64,000 nucleotides of DNA from the NCBI GenBank assembly GCA_024704765.1, contig JAKMXF010000166.1:124001-188000 (forward strand), given 5' to 3'. Under the pieces are notes generated by a model, which saw only the letters and a program-made list of their open reading frames with translations, searched no databases and had not been told where the DNA came from. Positions 59,203 to 64,000 of the stretch are shown here, piece by piece; position 1 is the first letter of the stretch; every line of letters begins with the position of its first letter. The DNA is from Oopsacas minuta (Eukaryota > Animalia > Porifera). The translations under genes and the position numbers were made by a program.

Positions 59203-62200
59203 TTATTTAGTGAGATTCTGTCTACAAATCTGTCGTTCCCCTTCTGCTATCAGAATATGCATAGCTCTATGTAACAGATAGACACCTAATAGTCTCTTCT
59301 TAGAAACCTCCCACTCACTAACTACCCCATAATACTCTCCTCTCTTAGTGTTTGTAAGCTTATGAAGGCCTATAGCTTCAAGCAGACACGCTTCCCTAGA
59401 AAATGCTTCAACTGCTATAATCCCTTGGAAACAATGCAAAGATACTACACCATGTCCACTAGACCAAATATCGAGTATACGTTGCTGCTTACGGTTAGCC
59501 TGTGACATATTGTTCTCATATGAAATAGCCTCGTATAGATGTGAGTATGGACGAGAACGCTTGCCTTTCCCAACATAGAATATTGATTCTATGAATATCC
59601 TAAATCTGTCTAGTTCTGAGAGATCTGCAATGAGTGAAGGTAAGTTTTGACTTATCCTCGGATCAATGAGAATATAATTGAATGACTCCTTAGTTATACC
59701 CTCTCTCCATGTACAATTTGTAGGAGGATTGTCAAAGAAGTTACACATGTCATTCTCTAGCTCCTGCTTGTTAGGGATAGGCATACTGCCGGTCAGAACT
59801 TGAGCAAGTTCGTATAAATACCCCTGAAAGCAGTTTGATGACTGTAGAGTAGGATCTTGCTTAACTTTAGAGAGATAACGTAGGTATAGGGTACGTGTCA
59901 TTTCCGTAATAGGACCAGGCTGTTCTCCTATCTTAATTAGCTCTTCTCTCAACTGTTGGTCACTGAGGGTGTGCAGATCAGGAATAGAAGGACTTGATGA
60001 CGTCATATGTTCCTGTGTCTGCTGCTGGAGGTATTCATCAAGACCTATATAAGTAGGTGAATCCTTCCAACAAGAGGGGTCTAAATCGAAAGTAGAGTCC
60101 AGAGCATCAGCCGGAGCCCCTTGATAAGGAGGAGGTGGTACATAACTCCCAGCCCCTTTTGGACTGGTGATTGAATCCTGTGCTATCTCATCTCGTATTT
60201 CATCTGAATCATCACTTATGTGAGTATCTAATGATGGCATTACTGGGGTACGATCATACACATCACAGTACTGTACATCAGTTGGATTAGGATCTATAGT
60301 AACTCTACGTTTAGAACGAGGGGTGAGGGCCTGAGAAGGAGGAGGAGTACGTGTAGGGGTCTGAATGAAAGGAGTAGGGACACCTGTGTGTTTGATGCTA
60401 GGGGGTGGAGTATTGGATGGGTTGGGGGATTTGGGGATTGTGGGTGTTTCAGATAATTGTAGTTCATACGGTAGACTCTTGTTTACTTCTTCTAATAGGT
60501 TAATGAATGAATTAGGCGATTGTGTAGGTAGAGAGAATGGAGATGTTTCTAGAGAAATAGGTTCAGCTGTAAGTTTTCTAGGTTTTGAAATAGGTTCTGG
60601 TGTATACTGTGTATTCTTAGAAATAGGTTCTGTAAGTTGTCTAGGATGAGAAATAGATTCTACAGGATATTTCGTATTTTGAGAAATAGGTTCTGGCGTA
60701 TACTGCCTAGGCTTAGAAATAGGTTCTGGTGTATACTGTCTAGGCTTAGAAATAGGTTCTGGCGTATACTGTCTAGGCTTAGAAATAGGTTCTGGTGTAT
60801 AGGGTCGAGGCTTAGAAATAGGTTCTGGTGTATACTGTCTGGGCTCAGAAATAGGTTCTGGTGTATACTGTCTAGGCTCAGAAATAGGTTCTGGTGTATA
60901 CGGTTTAGACCTAGCTATAGGTTCTGGTGTATGCTGTCTGGACTCAGAAATAGGTTCCGTTGGATATTGTGTGATCATAGAGATAGGTTCTGCTGCATAT
61001 TCTCTAAGATTAGAAATAGGTTCTGTTGTATATTGAGTGTCCTGAGAAATATGCTGATTAGAGTATGTAGTACGAGATGTATCAAGGTATGGGTTAGAGA
61101 AGCTGTTAGGAGTTTCAGTAACATGGACATTATCAATATTCGTATAAGCAGTATTTGAGGCTTTATCTTGTGGTCTCTTATTAGCATAGGGAATTGGTTT
61201 GTCAGGTTTGCGAGCTGATTGATCATAAGAACGAGACGTGTCAGATTTGTTATTTAGAGGTGGAGTAGACTGAATGTGGGGCTTAGAGGAGGGTGAGTAT
61301 TTGTGAGAGACTGTAGGCAGAACAGCCTCCAATTTATCTGAATCTTCTTCAGATAATGTAGGATACATATTAGGAGAGGGTATACTAACAGAAGGACCTG
61401 TAAATGTATTATACATACACTCTCTGTCTAGCTTATTACTGATTTCTTGTATATGAGTTATAACAGGTTTTGTATTAGATTTTTTAGATGTTATAGGTTT
61501 AGGAGAACTAGTAGTTTTCTGTGTTGAAATAGAATTAAGTTCAGGTATAGTTTGTGTGCCAATTTCTGTGAAATTAGGAGAATGAGGATCATATACACTA
61601 GATGTATAAGTTGATCTGTTAACATAGTTAAGATCCAGATCTTGAAAGAGTGAGTTATTGGGTTCACTTTGAGTTGATTTTGTGTTTGATTTCGGTTCTT
61701 TGGATTTAAAAAAATTCGGTTTGTTAATTGTCAACTTTGGTTTTAAGTTTATATTCTTGCTTTTCGATACAATTTCACCGATCTTCTGTTTCAGAGGCTT
61801 TTTCATAGTATCAGGAGGTTGTATGTACGATTCCTTCTGTGAGTAATCAATATGTTTATCAAGGTGTTCATCACTCAACTCTTTGTCTAACGGAGAATTC
61901 ATTTCCTCCACAGCCGTATCTATAGTATCCTGCGTGTTGTAGCTATAAGGCTGACTCATACTAAAGTTAAGATGATTCTGGTTTGTATTTTTAAGAATTG
62001 AAACTGGCGTTTTCGTTTGTTTCACAGGAATTAAAGGAGATTCTTTGTCAGATAGTTTATCAGGATATCTCGCGGTTTCAGACACCTTATCAACTTGTCT
62101 GTTGAGTACAACTGGCTGTCTTTCATTCACAGGCTTAACAATAGGAATACCAACTTGGTTTACGTCATACAGATTAAGAACTCTATTTTGGCTATTTCTT

Positions 62201-63435
62201 GCAATCAATTCATTTGCCTTTACGAATCTATCTTGGTGTAATAATGTAGATTCTGGTGCTGCAGTTTGACCTACAGGAATAGTAGATTTAGATTTATCAC
62301 GTTTACGTGCTGGTGGTATAGGATAGAACTCTGAATCATCACTATTGAATACAGTTAATGTAGCATCACTATCTGCTAGATGTATGTTATTAGGAATAGG
62401 TGATATAGGTCTGACGTCATCTGATTCAGAGTCTACGTGGTTAATTGTTGGGATTACAGGGAGTTCTGGTAGAATTTCAAAAGTATCATTCATCCTAGAT
62501 TTACTTGGGATACTCAAATATTCTTTCGTGAATGTAGTATTAAAATCTTGCTCATTGTCCTCAATCAAGTCAGAACATACAGGATGTGAAATGTCTAGAA
62601 TTTTCCTGGGAATATTTCGCTGTTGTTTAGTACTGCTTACAACCAAGGGAGTAGAATGAGAGCGTTGATGATGGTTGTTACGTGACTGTTTCTTTTTAGA
62701 ACGTGAATTAGACGTAGCTCTAGAAACATGTGATTTCTTATAAACATATTCCTGATTGTCTCTATCTGTGACTAAGTCGGATTTAAAAACTTCAGTTAAT
62801 TCAGATAAGAATTGTTCATCTGAGGTATCTAGCTCTGTAGGGAAAGAACCTTTATGTTCATTCTTATTCTTATATCTGGATTTCTCAGTAAATTTAGGTT
62901 CAGAGAAAATATCCGTGGGTTCTTCCGTTTGATCGATAAGTTCAAAACTTTCAAAATCAATTTCATCAAATACTTCTGAAACAGAGCGAGGAATAGATCT
63001 ACCTTGTAGAATCTCTCTCAAGTACACAGTACATTCTTTGTGTTTCATTTCAGTACAGCAGTCGAGTGGTGTCTTACCGGATAAATCTTTAACACGAGGA
63101 TCGGCATTATTAGCCAAAAGTATTTTAATAGCTTCTAACTTACCCCAACTAGCTGCCACATGTAATGGTGTCTCTCCATCAACAGACTGTATATTAGGAT
63201 CAGCTTCATAGTCTAATAGAGCTTGTAATACATACACTCTATTGCTATCTGAATTAGCCGCTATGTGTAGTGCTGTAATTCCATCTTCTACAGGTTCGTT
63301 AGGGTCTATCCCTGCTTCTAACAATTTTAGAACAGATCTTAGATTGAAAGATACTGTAGCATCTAATAAAGCTTCACCCTGTGATCGAACAGATTCTTCA
63401 GCTGGGAAGTAGTAAGAATCGCTGTCATACTCCAT
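59203..63435 (-). CDS. ANKLE1: Ankyrin repeat, LEM and GIY-YIG endonuclease (1410 aa, intronless)
   Basis: N-terminal ankyrin repeats (GITALHIAA, GETPLHVAA, GKTPLD), LEM domain LSDQQLREELIKIGEQPGPITEMTRTLYLRYL, nuclease region FNYILIDPR...FYVGKGKRSRPYSHLYEA...EACLLEAIG. Confidence 0.95.
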   Translation of the reverse strand: MEYDSDSYYFPAEESVRSQGEALLDATVSFNLRSVLKLLEAGIDPNEPVEDGITALHIAANSDSNRVYVLQALLDYEADPNIQSVDGETPLHVAASWGKLEAIKILLANNADPRVKDLSGKTPLDCCTEMKHKECTVYLREILQGRSIPRSVSEVFDEIDFESFELIDQTEEPTDIFSEPKFTEKSRYKNKNEHKGSFPTELDTSDEQFLSELTEVFKSDLVTDRDNQEYVYKKSHVSRATSNSRSKKKQSRNNHHQRSHSTPLVVSSTKQQRNIPRKILDISHPVCSDLIEDNEQDFNTTFTKEYLSIPSKSRMNDTFEILPELPVIPTINHVDSESDDVRPISPIPNNIHLADSDATLTVFNSDDSEFYPIPPARKRDKSKSTIPVGQTAAPESTLLHQDRFVKANELIARNSQNRVLNLYDVNQVGIPIVKPVNERQPVVLNRQVDKVSETARYPDKLSDKESPLIPVKQTKTPVSILKNTNQNHLNFSMSQPYSYNTQDTIDTAVEEMNSPLDKELSDEHLDKHIDYSQKESYIQPPDTMKKPLKQKIGEIVSKSKNINLKPKLTINKPNFFKSKEPKSNTKSTQSEPNNSLFQDLDLNYVNRSTYTSSVYDPHSPNFTEIGTQTIPELNSISTQKTTSSPKPITSKKSNTKPVITHIQEISNKLDRECMYNTFTGPSVSIPSPNMYPTLSEEDSDKLEAVLPTVSHKYSPSSKPHIQSTPPLNNKSDTSRSYDQSARKPDKPIPYANKRPQDKASNTAYTNIDNVHVTETPNSFSNPYLDTSRTTYSNQHISQDTQYTTEPISNLREYAAEPISMITQYPTEPISESRQHTPEPIARSKPYTPEPISEPRQYTPEPISEPRQYTPEPISKPRPYTPEPISKPRQYTPEPISKPRQYTPEPISKPRQYTPEPISQNTKYPVESISHPRQLTEPISKNTQYTPEPISKPRKLTAEPISLETSPFSLPTQSPNSFINLLEEVNKSLPYELQLSETPTIPKSPNPSNTPPPSIKHTGVPTPFIQTPTRTPPPSQALTPRSKRRVTIDPNPTDVQYCDVYDRTPVMPSLDTHISDDSDEIRDEIAQDSITSPKGAGSYVPPPPYQGAPADALDSTFDLDPSCWKDSPTYIGLDEYLQQQTQEHMTSSSPSIPDLHTLSDQQLREELIKIGEQPGPITEMTRTLYLRYLSKVKQDPTLQSSNCFQGYLYELAQVLTGSMPIPNKQELENDMCNFFDNPPTNCTWREGITKESFNYILIDPRISQNLPSLIADLSELDRFRIFIESIFYVGKGKRSRPYSHLYEAISYENNMSQANRKQQRILDIWSSGHGVVSLHCFQGIIAVEAFSREACLLEAIGLHKLTNTKRGEYYGVVSEWEVSKKRLLGVYLLHRAMHILIAEGERQICRQNLTK
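60551..61035 (-). repeat. 33-bp coding tandem repeat (about 15 units of YTPEPISKPRQ) inside ANKLE1
   Basis: Plus-strand unit AGAAATAGGTTCTGGTGTATACTGTCTAGGCTT; near-identical core at about 60680-60910, degenerate at both edges. Confidence 0.95.
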
Positions 63436-64000
63436 AAGGTCTGAAATAGTTCATTGCATTTCACTAAGAGAAATCGTTGTCTAGAATTAATCATAGAGCT
63501 TATTTTTGAGGCATTACTTCATACAGCCAACTACCATTATTTCGAAGCTCAAGTGACTGTGATAAATTACGCGGAGTTCGAAAAAACCGCTTAAACTTAT
63601 ATTACTTTGGTTTGGGAATTGGGATCATATTAGTACGATTAAGAGGCTTCCATATAAGAGGGCATTTCTATATATCCATGTTTGATACAAGTATAACGAG
63701 AGTTGACTGCAATTAGATGTCAAAATTTGTTTGTGATCAATTGTGCTGAATCCGAATTTCGTGTTTTCAAGTTTCTCTTATGTAAATATTTTGTTGTTTT
63801 TATGGATATAAAGTAAACGAATCATTCAAAAATCTCAAATATTCGTAGAGGCTTGCACTCTCAACAGACGTATAAGGGTAATCAAACAATTGCATTTGTT
63901 AGGATATTTTACGTTGGTGTTATGGTAATCAATTTTGTAACCATTTGTACAAAACTCAAGTAATACCCTCTAGAAATTCCTTTCCTAATTTTAATGTCCT

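Noticed and set aside
60551-61035. 33-bp repeat array as a CRISPR locus
   Set aside because: Units are contiguous with no unique spacers, lie in frame in ANKLE1, there are no cas genes, and the context is eukaryotic.
60637-61158. Plus-strand ORF with RNRFWCILS repeats
   Set aside because: Antisense shadow of the ANKLE1 coding repeat.
8132-62659. Numerous short ORFs overlapping or antisense to the large genes (e.g. 9580-10312, 15382-16306, 24477-25426, 57215-58763)
   Set aside because: Shadow frames of well-supported CDSs, mostly non-ATG starts, with no independent motifs.
1-64000. tRNA, snRNA or SL RNA genes and autonomous transposase or reverse transcriptase ORFs
   Set aside because: No cloverleaf, convincing Sm-site RNA, DDE or RT motifs seen by eye; an Infernal/tRNAscan-SE run would be needed to exclude them formally.

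Overview
AT-rich, gene-dense eukaryotic (animal) genomic DNA, not prokaryotic: it has GT-AG introns and a metazoan gene set, with no rRNA, tRNA or CRISPR. I support about 21 protein-coding genes, 17 on the minus strand in three head-to-tail runs. Four genes are hidden from or broken in the ORF track and were rebuilt by hand: a 4-exon PRD-class homeobox gene, a 7-exon Ig-TM-TIR receptor, a selenoprotein F read through UGA with a canonical SECIS, and a ~4,830-aa dynein heavy chain with one 65-nt intron and a degenerate AAA1 site. Also present: UTP14, TDP2, UBAC1, PRKCSH, TTC6-like, a p38-like kinase lacking TGY, KMT5B/C, ARIH1, UGCG, LAMTOR4, a PLPP, two tandem TRAF-like genes, ABCF1, ANKLE1 with a 33-bp coding repeat, an orphan 7TM protein and an orphan disordered ORF. 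Intergenic gaps hold several TA-flanked MITEs. The compactness, intron poverty, Ig-TIR and TRAF content resemble an early-branching animal such as a glass sponge (e.g. Oopsacas); that is inference only. The most striking cross-gene pattern is a YAG splice acceptor 0-2 nt upstream of the ATG in 8 of 21 genes, all in the co-oriented runs, which suggests spliced-leader trans-splicing and possibly operons. All alignments and counts were done by eye; no searches were run.
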